A stretch of 64,000 bases of DNA. Source: Eledone cirrhosa. Taxonomy: Eukaryota. Positions 47,700-62,000 of the stretch are shown one piece after another. Position 1 is the first letter of the stretch, and the number at the start of each line of letters is the position of its first letter. The stretch lies in contig OZ024743.1 in the NCBI GenBank assembly GCA_964016885.1, forward strand, positions 129,394,001 through 129,458,000, given 5' to 3'. Both the position numbers and the translations under genes were made by a program. Below the pieces are notes generated by a model. It saw only the letters and a program-made list of their open reading frames with translations. It made no database searches and was not told the origin of the DNA.

Positions 47700-50600
47700 A
47701 TACCAAGCACCAAGCACCAAGCACCAAACACCAAGCACCAAGCACCAAACACCAAATACCAAGCACCAAGCACCAAACACCAAGCACCAAAAACTAAAGA
47801 CCAAACAGGAAACACCAAACACCAAACACCAAACAGCAAACAGCAAACACCAAACACCAAGCACCAAGCACCAAACACCAAGCACTAAGCACCATACACC
47901 AAGCACCAAGCACCCAGCACCAAACACCAAGCACCAAACACCAAACACCAAGCACCAAGCACCAAGCATCAAACACCAAACACCAAGCACCAAGCACCAA
48001 GCACCAAACACCAAGCACGCAGCATGAAACACCAAGCACCAAGCACCAAACACCAAGCACCAAGCACCAAGCACCAAACACCAGCACCAAGCACGAAACA
48101 CCAAATACCAAGCACCAAGCACCAAACACCAAGCACCAAAGACTAAAGACCAAACAGGAAACACCAAACACCAAACACCAAACACCAAACAGCAAACAAT
48201 AAACACGAAACAGCAAACACCATACAGCAAACACCAAACACCAAAAAGCAGACACCAAACAGCCAACAGCAAACACCAAACACCAAACACCAAACACCAA
48301 ACAGCAAACAGCAAACACCAAGCACCAAACACCAAGCACCAAGCACCAAGCACCAAACAACAAGCACCAAACACCAAACCCCACGCACCAAGTACCAAAC
48401 ACTAATCACCAAGCACCAAGCACCAAACACCAAGCACCAAGCACCAAACACCAAACACCAAAGACCAAGAACCAAGCACCAAGCACCAAACACCAAGCAC
48501 CAAGCACCAAACACCAAGCACCAAGCACCAAACGCCAACCACCCAGCACCAAGCACTACGCACCAAACACCAAGCACCAAACACCAAACACCAAGCACCT
48601 AGCACCAAACAGCAAGCACGAAGCACCAAGCACCAAACACCAAGCCCCAAGTACCAAGCACCAAACACCAAGCACCAAACACCAAGCACCAATCACCAAG
48701 CACCAAACACCAAGCAGCAAGCAGCAAGCACCAAACACCAAACACCAAGCACCAAGCACCAAACACCAAGCACCAAGCACCAAACACCTAACATCTAACA
48801 CCAAGCACCAAGCACCAAGCACCAAACACCAAGCACCAAACACCAAACACCAAGCACCAAACACCAAACACCAAGCATCAAGCACCAAACACCATGCACC
48901 AGGCACCAAGCACCAAACACCAAGCACCAAGCATGAAGCACCAAACACCAAACACCAAGCACCAAACACCTAACACCAAGCACCAAGCACCAAACACCAA
49001 GCACCAAACACCAAACACCAAGCACCAAGCACCAAACACCAAGCACCATGCACCTAACACCAAGCACCAAACACCAAGAACCAAGCACAAAACACCAAGC
49101 ACCAAGCACCAAACACCAAGCACCAGGCACCAAGCACCAAACACCAAGCACCAAGCACCAAACACCAAGCACCAAGCACGAAGCACAAAACACCATGCAC
49201 CAAGCACCAAACACCTAACACCAACCACCAAGCACAAAGCACCAAGCACCAAACACCAAGCACCAAGCACCAAACACCAAGCACCAAACACCAAGAACCA
49301 AGCACCAAACACCAAGCACCAAGCACCAAACACCAAGCACCAAGCACCAAGCACCAAACACCAAGCACCAAGCACCAAAAACCAAACACCAAGCACCAAA
49401 CACCAAACACCAAGCACCAAGCATCAAACACCAAACACCAAGCACCAAGCACCAAACACCAAACACCAAGCACCAAACACCAGACACCAAGCACCAAACA
49501 CCAAATATCAAGCCCCAAGCACCAAACACCAAACAACAAGCACCAGGCACCAAGCACCAAACACCAAACACCAAGCACCAAGCACCAAGCACCAAACACC
49601 AAACAGCAAATAGGAAACACCAAACAGCAAACAGCAAACTCCAAATATGAAACAGCAAACACCATACAGCAACCACCAAACACCAAAAAGCAGACACCAA
49701 ACAGCAAAGAGCAAACACCAAACACCAAACAGCAAACAGCAAACACCAAACACCAAGCACCAAGCACCAAGCACTAAACACCAAACACCAAGCACCAAAC
49801 ACCAAGCACCAAGCACCAAGCGACAAACACCAAGCACCAAGCACCATGCACCAAGCACCAAGCACCAAACACCCAGCACCAAGCACCAAACACCAAGCAC
49901 CAAACACCAAACACCAAACATCAAACACCAAGCACCAAGAACAAAGCACCAAGCACCAAACACCAAGCCCCAAGCACCAAGCACCAAACACAAAACACCA
50001 AGCACCAAGCACCAAACACAAAGCACCAAACTGCAAACACCAAACACCAAACAGCAAACACCAAACAGCAAACAGCAAACAGCAAACACCAAACACCAAG
50101 CACCAAGCACCAAGCACTAAGCACTAAGCACCAAACACCAAGCACCAAGCACCAAGCACCAAACACCAAGCACCAATCACCAAACACCAAGCACCAAGCA
50201 CCAAGCACCAAGCACCAAACACCAAACACGCAGCACGAAACACCAAGCACCAAGCAACAAACAACAAGCACCAAGCACCAAACACCAAACACCAAACACC
50301 AAACAACAAGCACCAAGCACCAAGCACCAAACACCAAGCACCAAGCAGCAAACACCAAATACGAAGCACCAAGCACCAAGCACCAAACGCCAAGCCCCAA
50401 GTACCAAGCACCAAACACCAAGCACCAAACACCAAGCACCAAGCACCAAGCACCTAGCACCAAACACCAAACACCAAGCACCAAGCACCAAACACCAAGC
50501 ACCAATCACCAAGCACCAAACACCAAGCAGCAAGCAGCAAGCACCAAACACCAAACACCAGGCATCAAGCACCAAACACCAATCACCAAGCACCAAACAC

Positions 50601-53090
50601 CAAGCACCAAGCACCAAACACCAAGCACCAAACACCAAGCACAAAGCACCAAGTACAAACACCAAGCACCAAGCACCAAACACCAAGCACCAAGCACCAA
50701 GCATCAAGCACCAAGCATCAAACACCAAACACCAAGCACCAAGCACCAAACACCAAACACCAAGAATCAAACACCAAACACAAAACACCAAGCACGAAGC
50801 ACCAAGCACCAAGCACGCATCACCAAACACCAAGCCCCAAGCACCAAACACCAAACACCAAGCACCAAGCACCAATCACCAAGCACAAAGCACCAAACAC
50901 CAAGCACCAGGCACCAAGCACCAAACACCAAGCACCAAACACCAAGCACCAAGCACGAAGCACAAAACACCAAGCACCAAGCACCAAACACCTAACACCA
51001 TCCACCAAGCACAAAGCACCAAGCACCAAACACCAAGCACCAAACACCAAACACCAAGCACCAAGCACCAAGCACCAAACACCAAGCACCAAACACCAAG
51101 AACCAAGCGCCAAACACCAAGCACCAAGCACCAAGTACAAACACCAAGCACCAAGCACCAAACACCAAGCACCAAGCACCAAGCACCAAGCATCAAACAC
51201 CAAGCATCAAACACCAAACACCAAACACCAAGCACCAAACACCAAACACAAAACACCAAGCACCAAGCACCAAACACCAAGCACCAAGCACCAAACACGA
51301 AACACCAAGCACCAAACACCAAACACCAAGCACCAAGCACCAAACACGAAACACCAGACACCAAGCACCAAACACCAAACATCAAGTACCAAGCACCAAG
51401 CACCAAACACCAAACAGCAAACAGGAAAAACCAAACAGCAAACAGCATACTCCAAATATGAAACAGCAAACACCATACAGCAAACACCAAACACCAAAAA
51501 GCAGACACCAAACAGCAAACAGCAAACAGCAAACACCAAACAGCAAACAGCAAACACCAAACACCAAGCACCAAGCACCAAGCACCAAACACCAAACACC
51601 AAGCACCAAACACCAAGTACCAAGCACCAAGCGACAAAAACCAAGCACCAAGCACCATGCACCAAACACCAAGCACCAAGCACCAAACACCCAGCACCAA
51701 GCACCAAGCACGAAACACCAAGCACCAAACACCAAACACCAAACACCAGGCACCAAGAACCAAGCACCAAGCACCAAACACCAAGCACCAAGCGCCAAAC
51801 ACAAAACACCAAGCACCAAAAACCAAGCACCAAACAGCAAGCACCAAACAGCAAACACCAAACAGCAAACAGCAAACAGTAAACACCAAACACCAAGCAC
51901 CAAGCACCAAGCACTAAGCACTAAGCACCAAACACCAAGCACCAAGCACCAACACCAAACACCAAGCACCAAGCACCAAACACCAAACACCAAGCACGCA
52001 GCACGAAACACCAAGCACCAAGCACCAAGCACCAAGCACCAAACACCAAATACCAAGCACCAAGCACCAAACACCAAGCACCAAAAACTAAAGACCAAAC
52101 AGGAAACACCAAACACCAAACACCAAACACCAAACAGCAAACAATAAACACGAAACAGCAAACACCATACAGCAAACACCAAACACCAAAAAGCAGACAC
52201 CAAACAGCAAACAGCAAACACCAAACACCAAACACCAAACAGCAAACACCAAACACCAAGCACCAAACACCAAGCACCAAGCACCAAACACCAAGCACCA
52301 AGCACCAAACACCAAACCCCAAGCACCAAGCACCAAACACTAATCACCAAGCACCAAGCACCAAACACCAAGCACCAAGCACCAAACACCAAACACCAAG
52401 CACCAAAGACCAAGCACCAAGCACCAAGCACCAAACACCAAGCACCAAGCACCAAGCATCAAGCACCAAGCACCAAACACCAAGCACCAAGCACCGAACG
52501 CCAACCACCCAGCACCAAGCACCAAGCACCAAGCACCTAGAACCAAACACCAAACCAAGCATCAAGCACCAAACACCAAGCACCAATCACCAAGCACCAA
52601 ACACCAAGCAGCAAGCAGCAAGCACCAAACACCAAACACCAAGCACCAAGCACCAAACACCAAGCACCAAGCACCAAACACCTAACACCTAACACCAAGC
52701 ACCAAGCACCAAGCACCAAACACCAAGCACCAAAGACCAAGCACCAAACACCAAACACCAAGCACCAAGCAGCAAACACCAAGCACGAAGCACCAAGCAC
52801 CAAACACCAAGCCCCAAGTACCAAGCACCAAACACCAAGCACCAAACACCAAGCACCAAGCACCAAGCACCTAGCACCAAACACCAAACCAAGCACCAAG
52901 CACCAAACACCAAGCACCAATCACCAAGCACCAAACACCAAGCAGCAAGCAGCAAGCACCAAACACCAAACACCAAGCACCAAGCACCAAACACCAAGCA
53001 CCAAGCACCAAACACCTAACACCTAACACCAAGCACCAAGCACCAAGCACCAAACACCAAGCACCAAACACCAAACACCAAGCACCAAGC
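47700..53090 (+). repeat. Copy of about 39.8-47.4 kb, shortened to about 5.4 kb (carries one rather than two 1743-bp units)
   Basis: Offset is 7946 at 39846/47792 and 40195/48141, falling to 5755 (45237..45434 vs 50992..51189), 5662 (46426..46674 vs 52088..52336) and 5690 (47325 vs 53015). Shared rare monomers include CACGCAT, CACCATC and the 5-bp CCAAG. Confidence 0.82.
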
Positions 53091-56000
53091 ACCAAACACC
53101 AAAAAGCAGACACCAAACAGCAAACACCAAGCACCAAACACCAAGTTCCAAGCACCAAACACCAAGCACCAAGCACCAAACACCAATCCCCAAGCACCAA
53201 GCACCAAACACTAATCACAATGCACCAAGCACCAAGCACAAAGCACTAAAGACCAAACACCAAGGACAAAGCACCAAGCACCAAGAACCAAACAGCAAGC
53301 AGCAAGCACCAAACACCAAGCACCAAGCACCAAACACCAACCACCCAGCACCAAGCACCAAGCACCAAACACCAAGCACCAAGCACCAAACACCAAACAC
53401 CAAACACCAAGCACCAAGCACCAAACACCAAGCACCAAACACCATGCACCAAACAACAAGCACCAGGCACCAAGCACCTAACACCAAACACCAAGCACCA
53501 AGCACAAAACACCAAGCACGAAGCACCAAGCACCAAACACCAAACAGCAAACACCAAACACCAAACACCAAACAGCAAACAGCAAACACCAACCACCAAT
53601 CACCAAACAACAAGCACCAGGCACCAAGCACCAAGCACCAAACACCAAGCACCAAACACCAAACACCAAGCACCAAAGACCAAACACCAAACAGCAAACA
53701 CCAAACAGCAAACACCAAACATGAAACAGCAAACACCATAGAGCAAACACCAAACACCAAAAAGCAGACACCAAACAGCAAACCCCAAACACCAAACACC
53801 AAACACTAAACAGCAAACAGCAAACACCAAGCACCAAACACCAAGTTCCTAGCACCAAACACCAAGAACCAAGCACCAAACACCAAACCCCAAGCACCAA
53901 GCACCAAACTCTAATCACAATGCACCAAGCACTAAGCACTAAACACCAAGCTCCAAGCACCAAGCACTAAACACCAAGCACCAAGCACCAAGCACTAAAC
54001 ACCAAACACCAAGGACCAAGCACCAAGCACCAAGAACCAAACACCAAGCACCAAGCACCAAACACCAAGCACCAAGCACCAAACACCAACGACCCAGCAC
54101 CAAGCACCAAGCACCAAACACCAAGCACCAAGCACCAAACACCAAACACCAAACACCAAGCATCAAACACCAAGCACCAAGCACCAAGCACCAAACACCA
54201 AGCCCCAAGCACCAAACACCAAACACCAAACACCAAACACCAAGCACCAAACAGCAAGCAGCAATCACCAAGCACCAAACACCAAGCAGCAGCACCAAGC
54301 ACCAAACACCAAGCCCCAAGCACGAAACACCTAACACCAAGCACCAAGCACCAAACACCAAGCACCAAGCACGAAGGACAAAACACCAAGCACCAAGCAC
54401 CAAACACCTAACACCAACCACGAAGCACCAAACACCAAGCACCAAGCACCAAACTCCAAACACCAAACACCAAGCACCAAGCACCAAACACCAAGCACCA
54501 AGCGCCAAACACCAAGCCCCAAGCACCAAGCACCAAACACCAAGCACCAAACACCAAACACCAAGCACCAAGCACCAAACACCAAGCACCAAACACCAAG
54601 AACCAAGCACCAAACACCAAGCACCAAGCACCAAGTACAAACACCAAGCACCAAGCACCAAACACCCAGCACCAAGCACCAAGCATCAAACACGAAGCAT
54701 CAAACACCAAGCATCAAACACCAAACACCAAACACCAAGCAACAAGCACCAAACACCAAGCACCAAGCAGCAAACACCAAGCAGCAAGCAGAAAGCACCA
54801 AACAACAAACACCAAGCACAAAGCACCAAACACCAAGCCCCAAGGACCAAACACCAAACACCAAGCACCAAGCACCAAACACCTAACACCAAGCACCAAG
54901 CACCAAACACGAAACACCAAGCACCAAGCACCAAACACCAAGCACCAAGCACCAAACACCAAGCACCAAGCATAAAACACCAAACACCAAACACCAAGCA
55001 CCAAACACCAAGCACCAAGCACCAAACACCAAGCACCAAACACCAAGAACCAAGCACAAAAAACCCAAGCACCAAGTACAAACAGCAAGCATCAAGCACC
55101 AAGCACGAAGCAGCAAGCATCAAACACCAAGCATCAAACACCAAACACCAAGCACCAAGCACCAAGCACCAAGCACCAAACACCAAGCACCCAGCACCAA
55201 ACACCAAGCACCAATCACCAAGCACCAAACACCAAGCACCAAGCACCAAGCACCAAGCTCCAAGCACCAAACACCAAACACCAAACACCAAGCACCAAAC
55301 AACAAGCACCAGGCACCAAGCACCAAACACCAAGCACCAAGCACCAAGCATCAAACACCAAACACCAAGCACCAAGCACCAAACACCAAACACCTAGCAC
55401 CAAACACCAAACAGCAAACACCAAACATGAAACAGCAAACACCATAGAGCAAACACCAAACACCAAAAAGCAGACACCAAACAGCAAACACCAAGCACCA
55501 AACAGCAAGTTCCAAGCACCAAACACCAAGCACCAAGCACCAAACACCAATCCCCAAGCACCAAGCACCAAACACTAATCACAATGCACCAAGCACCAAG
55601 CACTAAACACCAAGCACCAAGCACAAAGCACTAAAGACCAAACACCAAGGACAAAGCACCAAGCACCAAGAACCAAACAGCAAGCAGCAAGCACCAAACA
55701 CCAAGCACCAAGCACCAAACACCAACCACCCAGCACCAAGCACCAAGCACCAAACACCAAGCACCAAGCACCAAACACCAAACACCAAACACCAAGCACC
55801 AAGCACCAAACACCAAGCACCAAACACAATGCACCAAACAACAAGCACCAGGCACCAAGCACCAAACACCAAACACCAAGCACCAAGCACAACACACCAA
55901 GCACGAAGCACGAAGCACCAAACACCAAACAGCAAACACCAAACACCAAACACCAAACAGCAAACAGCAAACACCAACCACCAATCACCAAACAACAAGC

Positions 56001-59000
56001 ACCAGGCACCAAGCGCCAAGCACCAAACACCACGCACCAAGCACCAAACACCAAACACCAAGCACCAAACACCAAACACCAAACAGCAAACATGAAACAG
56101 CAAACACCATAGAGCAAACACCAAACACCAAAAAGCAGACACCAAACAGCAAACCCCAAACACCAAACACCAAACACTAAACAGCAAACAGCAAACACCA
56201 AGCACCAAACACCAAGTTCCTAGCACCAAACACCAAGAACCAAGCACCAAACACCAAACCCCAAGCACCAAGCACCAAACTCTAATCACAATGCACCAAG
56301 CACTAAGCACTAAACACCAAGCTCCAAGCACCAAGCACTAAACACCAAGCACCAAGCACCAAGCACTAAACACCAAACACCAAGGACCAAGCACCAAGCA
56401 CCAAGAACCAAACACCAAGCACCAAGCACCAAACACCAAGCACCAAGCACCAAACACCAACGACCCAGCACCAAGCACCAAGCACCAAACACCAAGCACC
56501 AAGCACCAAACACCAAACACCAAACACCAAGCATCAAACACCAAGCACCAAGCACCAAGCACCAAACACCAAGCCCCAAGCACCAAACACCAAACACCAA
56601 ACACCAAACACCAAGCACCAAACAGCAAGCAGCAATCACCAAGCACCAAACACCAAGCAGCAGCACCAAGCACCAAACACCAAGCCCCAAGCACGAAACA
56701 CCTAACACCAAGCACCAAGCACCAAACACCAAGCACCAAGCACGAAGGACAAAACACCAAGCACCAAGCACCAAACACCTAACACCAACCACGAAGCACC
56801 AAACACCAAGCACCAAGCACCAAACTCCAAACACCAAACACCAAGCACCAAGCACCAAACACCAAGCACCAAGCGCCAAACACCAAGCCCCAAGCACCAA
56901 GCACCAAACACCAAGCACCAAACACCAAACACCAAGCACCAAGCACCAAACACCAAGCACCAAACACCAAGAACCAAGCACCAAACACCAAGCACCAAGC
57001 ACCAAGTACAAACACCAAGCACCAAGCACCAAACACCCAGCACCAAGCACCAAGCATCAAACACGAAGCATCAAACACCAAGCATCAAACACCAAACACC
57101 AAACACCAAGCAACAAGCACCAAACACCAAGCACCAAGCAGCAAACACCAAGCAGCAAGCAGAAAGCACCAAACAACAAACACCAAGCACAAAGCACCAA
57201 ACACCAAGCCCCAAGGACCAAACACCAAACACCAAGCACCAAGCACCAAACACCTAACACCAAGCACCAAGCACCAAACACGAAACACCAAGCACCAAGC
57301 ACCAAACACCAAGCACCAAGCACCAAACACCAAGCACCAAGCATAAAACACCAAACACCAAACACCAAGCACCAAACACCAAGCACCAAGCACCAAACAC
57401 CAAGCACCAAACACCAAGAACCAAGCACAAAAAACCCAAGCACCAAGTACAAACAGCAAGCATCAAGCACCAAGCACGAAGCAGCAAGCATCAAACACCA
57501 AGCATCAAACACCAAACACCAAGCACCAAGCACCAAGCACCAAGCACCAAACACCAAGCACCCAGCACCAAACACCAAGCACCAATCACCAAGCACCAAA
57601 CACCAAGCACCAAGCACCAAGCACCAAGCTCCAAGCACCAAACACCAAACACCAAACACCAAGCACCAAACAACAAGCACCAGGCACCAAGCACCAAACA
57701 CCAAGCACCAAGCACCAAGCATCAAACACCAAACACCAAGCACCAAGCACCAAACACCAAACACCTAGCACCAAACACCAAACAGCAAACACCAAACATG
57801 AAACAGCAAACACCATAGAGCAAACACCAAACACCAAAAAGCAGACACCAAACAGCAAACACCAAGCACCAAACAGCAAGTTCCAAGCACCAAACACCAA
57901 GCACCAAGCACCAAACACCAATCCCCAAGCACCAAGCACCAAACACTAATCACAATGCACCAAGCACCAAGCACTAAACACCAAGCACCAAGCACAAAGC
58001 ACTAAAGACCAAACACCAAGGACAAAGCACCAAGCACCAAGAACCAAACAGCAAGCAGCAAGCACCAAACACCAAGCACCAAGCACCAAACACCAACCAC
58101 CCAGCACCAAGCACCAAGCACCAAACACCAAGCACCAAGCACCAAACACCAAACACCAAACACCAAGCACCAAGCACCAAACACCAAGCACCAAACACAA
58201 TGCACCAAACAACAAGCACCAGGCACCAAGCACCAAACACCAAACACCAAGCACCAAGCACAACACACCAAGCACGAAGCACGAAGCACCAAACACCAAA
58301 CAGCAAACACCAAACACCAAACACCAAACAGCAAACAGCAAACACCAACCACCAATCACCAAACAACAAGCACCAGGCACCAAGCGCCAAGCACCAAACA
58401 CCACGCACCAAGCACCAAACACCAAACACCAAGCACCAAACACCAAACACCAAACAGCAAACACCAAACAGCAAACACCAAACATGAAACAGCAAACACC
58501 ATAGAGCAAACACCAAACACCAAAAAGCAGACACCAAACAGCAAACCCCAAACACCAAACACCAAACACTAAACAGCAAACAGCAAACACCAAGCACCAA
58601 ACACCAAGTTCCAAGCACCAAACACCAAGCACCAAGCACCAAACACCAAACCCCAAGCACCAAGCACCAAACTCTAATCACAATGCACCAAGCACTTAGC
58701 ACTAAACACCAAGCACCAAGCACCAAGCACTAAACACCAAGCACCAAGCACCAAGCACTAAACACCAAACACCAAGGACCAAGCACCAAGCACCAAGAAC
58801 CAAACACCAAGCACCAAGCACCAAACACCAAGCACCAAGCACCAAACACCAACCACCCAGCACCAAGCACCAAGCACCAAACACCAAGCACCAAGCACCA
58901 AACACCAAACACCAAACACCAAGCATCAAACACCAAGCACCAAGCACCAAGCACCAAACACCAAGCCCCAAGCAGCAAACACCAAACACCAAACACCAAG

Positions 59001-62000
59001 CAGCAGCACCAAGCACCAAACACCAAGCCCCAAGCACCAAACACCTAAAACCAAGCACCAAGCACCAAACACCAAGCACCAAGCACGAAGGACAAAACAC
59101 CAAGCACCAAGCACCAAACACCTAACACCAACCACGAAGCACCAAACACCAAGCACCAAGCACCAAACACCAAACACCAAACACCAAGCACCAAGCACCA
59201 AACACCAAGCACCAAGCGCCAAACACCAAGCCCCAAGCACCAAGCACCAAACACCAAGCACCAAACACCAAGAACCAAGCACCAAACACCAAGCACCAAG
59301 CACCAAGTACAAACACCAAGCACCAAGCACCAAACACCCAGCACCAAGCACCAAGCATCAAACACGAAGCATCAAACACCAAGCATCAAACACCAAACAC
59401 CAAACACCAAGCAACAAGCACCAAACACCAAGCACCAAGCAGCAAACACCAAGCAGCAAGCAGAAAGCACCAAACAACAAACACCAAGCACAAAGCACCA
59501 AACACCAAGCACCAAGGACCAAACACCAAACACCAAGCACCAAGCACCAAACACCTAACACCAAGCACCAAGCACCAAACACGAAACACCAAGCACCAAG
59601 CACCAAACACCAAGCACCAAGCACCAAACACCAAGCACCAAGCATAAAACACCAACCACCAAGCACCAAACACCTAACACCAAGCACCAAGCACCAAGCA
59701 CCAAACACCAAGCACCAAACACCAAACACCAAGCACCAGGCACCAAGCACCAAGCACCAAACACCAAGCCCCAAGCACCAAGCACCAAACACCAAACACC
59801 AAGCACCAAGCAACAAACACCTTGCACCAGGCACCAAGCACCAAACACCAAGCACCAAGCACCAAACACCAAGCACCAAGCATGAAGCACCAAACACCTA
59901 ACACCAAGCACCAAGCACCAAGCACCAAACACCAAGCACCAAACACCAAACACCAAGCACCAAACACCAAGCACCAAGCACCAAACACCAAGCACCAAAC
60001 ACCAAGAACCAAGCACAAAAAACCCAAGCACCAAGTACAAACAGCAAGCATCAAGCACCAAGCACGAAGCAGCAAGCATCAAACACCAAGCATCAAACAC
60101 CAAACACCAAATACCAAGCACCAAGCACCAAGCACCAAACACCAAGCACCCAGCACCAAACACCAAGCACCAATCACCAAGCACCAAACACCAAGCACCA
60201 AGCACCAAGCATCAAGCTCCAAGCACCAAACACCAAACACCAAACACCAAGCACCAAACAACAAGCACCAGGCACCAAGCACCAAACACCAAGCACCAAG
60301 CACCAAGCATCAAACACCAAACACCAAGCACCAAGCACCAAACACCAAACACCAAGCACCAAACACCAAACAGCAAACACCAAACATGAAACAGCAAACA
60401 CCATAGAGCAAACACCAAACACCAAAAAGCAGACACCAAACAGCAAACACCAAGCACCAAACAGCAAGTTCCAAGCACCAAACACCAAGCACCAAGCACC
60501 AAACACCAATCCCCAAGCACCAAGCACCAAACACTAATCACAATGCACCAAGCACCAAGCACTAAACACCAAGCACCAAGCACAAAGCACTAAAGACCAA
60601 ACACCAAGGACAAAGCACCAAGCACCAAGAACCAAACAGCAAGCAGCAAGCACCAAACACCAAGCACCAAGCACCAAACACCAACCACCCAGCACCAAAC
60701 ACCAAGCACCAAACACCAAGCACCAAGCACCAAACACCAAACACCAAACACCAAGCACCAAGCACCAAACACCAAGCACCAAACACCATGCACCAAACAA
60801 CAAGCACCAGGCACCAAGCACCAAACACCAAACACCAAGCACCAAGCACAACACACCAAGCACGAAGCACCAAGCACCAAACACCAAACAGCAAACACCA
60901 AACACCAAACACCAATCACCAAACAACAAGCACCAGGCACCAAGCGCCAAGCACCAGGCACCAAGCGCCAAGCACCAAACACCAAGCACCAAGCACCAAA
61001 CACCAAACACCAAGCACCAAACACCAAACACCAAACAGCAAACACCAAACAGCAAACACCAAACATGAAACAGCAAACACCATAGAGCAAACACCAAACA
61101 CCAAAAAGCAGACACCAAACAGCAAACCCCAAACACCAAACACCAAACACTAAACAGCAAACAGCAAACACCAAGCACCAAACACCAAGTTCCAAGCACC
61201 AAACACCAAGCACCAAGCACCAAACACCAAACCCCAAGCACCAAGCACCAAACTCTAATCACAATGCACGAAGCACTAAGCACTAAACACCAAGCACCAA
61301 GCACCAAGCACTAAACACCAAGCACCAAGCACCAAGCACTAAACACCAAACACCAAGGACCAAGCACCAAGCACCAAGCACCAAACACCAAGCACCAAGC
61401 ACCAAACACCAAGCACCAAGCACCAAACAACAACCACCCAGCACCAAGCACCAAGCACCAAACACCAAGCACCAAGCACCAAACACCAAACACCAAACAC
61501 CAAGCATCAAACACCAAGCACCAAGCACCAAGCACCAAACACCAAGCCCCAAGCACCAAACACCAAACACCAAACACCAAGCAACAAACACCAAGCAGCA
61601 ATCACCAAGCACCAAACACCAAGCAGCAGCACCAAGCACCAAACACCAAGCCCCAAGCAACAAACACCTAACACCAAGCACCAAGCACCAAACACCAAGC
61701 ACCAAGCACGAAGGATAAAACACCAAGCACCAAGCACCAAACACCTAACACCAACCACGAAGCACCAAACACCAAGCACCAAGCACCAAACACCAAGCAC
61801 CAAGCGCCAAACACCAAGCCCCAAGCACCAAGCACCAAACACCAAGCACCAAACACCAAACACCAAGCACCAAGCACCAAACACCAAGCACCAAACACCA
61901 AGAACCAAGCACCAAACACCAAGCACCAAGCACCAAACACCCAGCACCAAGCACCAAGCATCAAACACGAAGCATCAAACACCAAGCATCAAACACCAAA

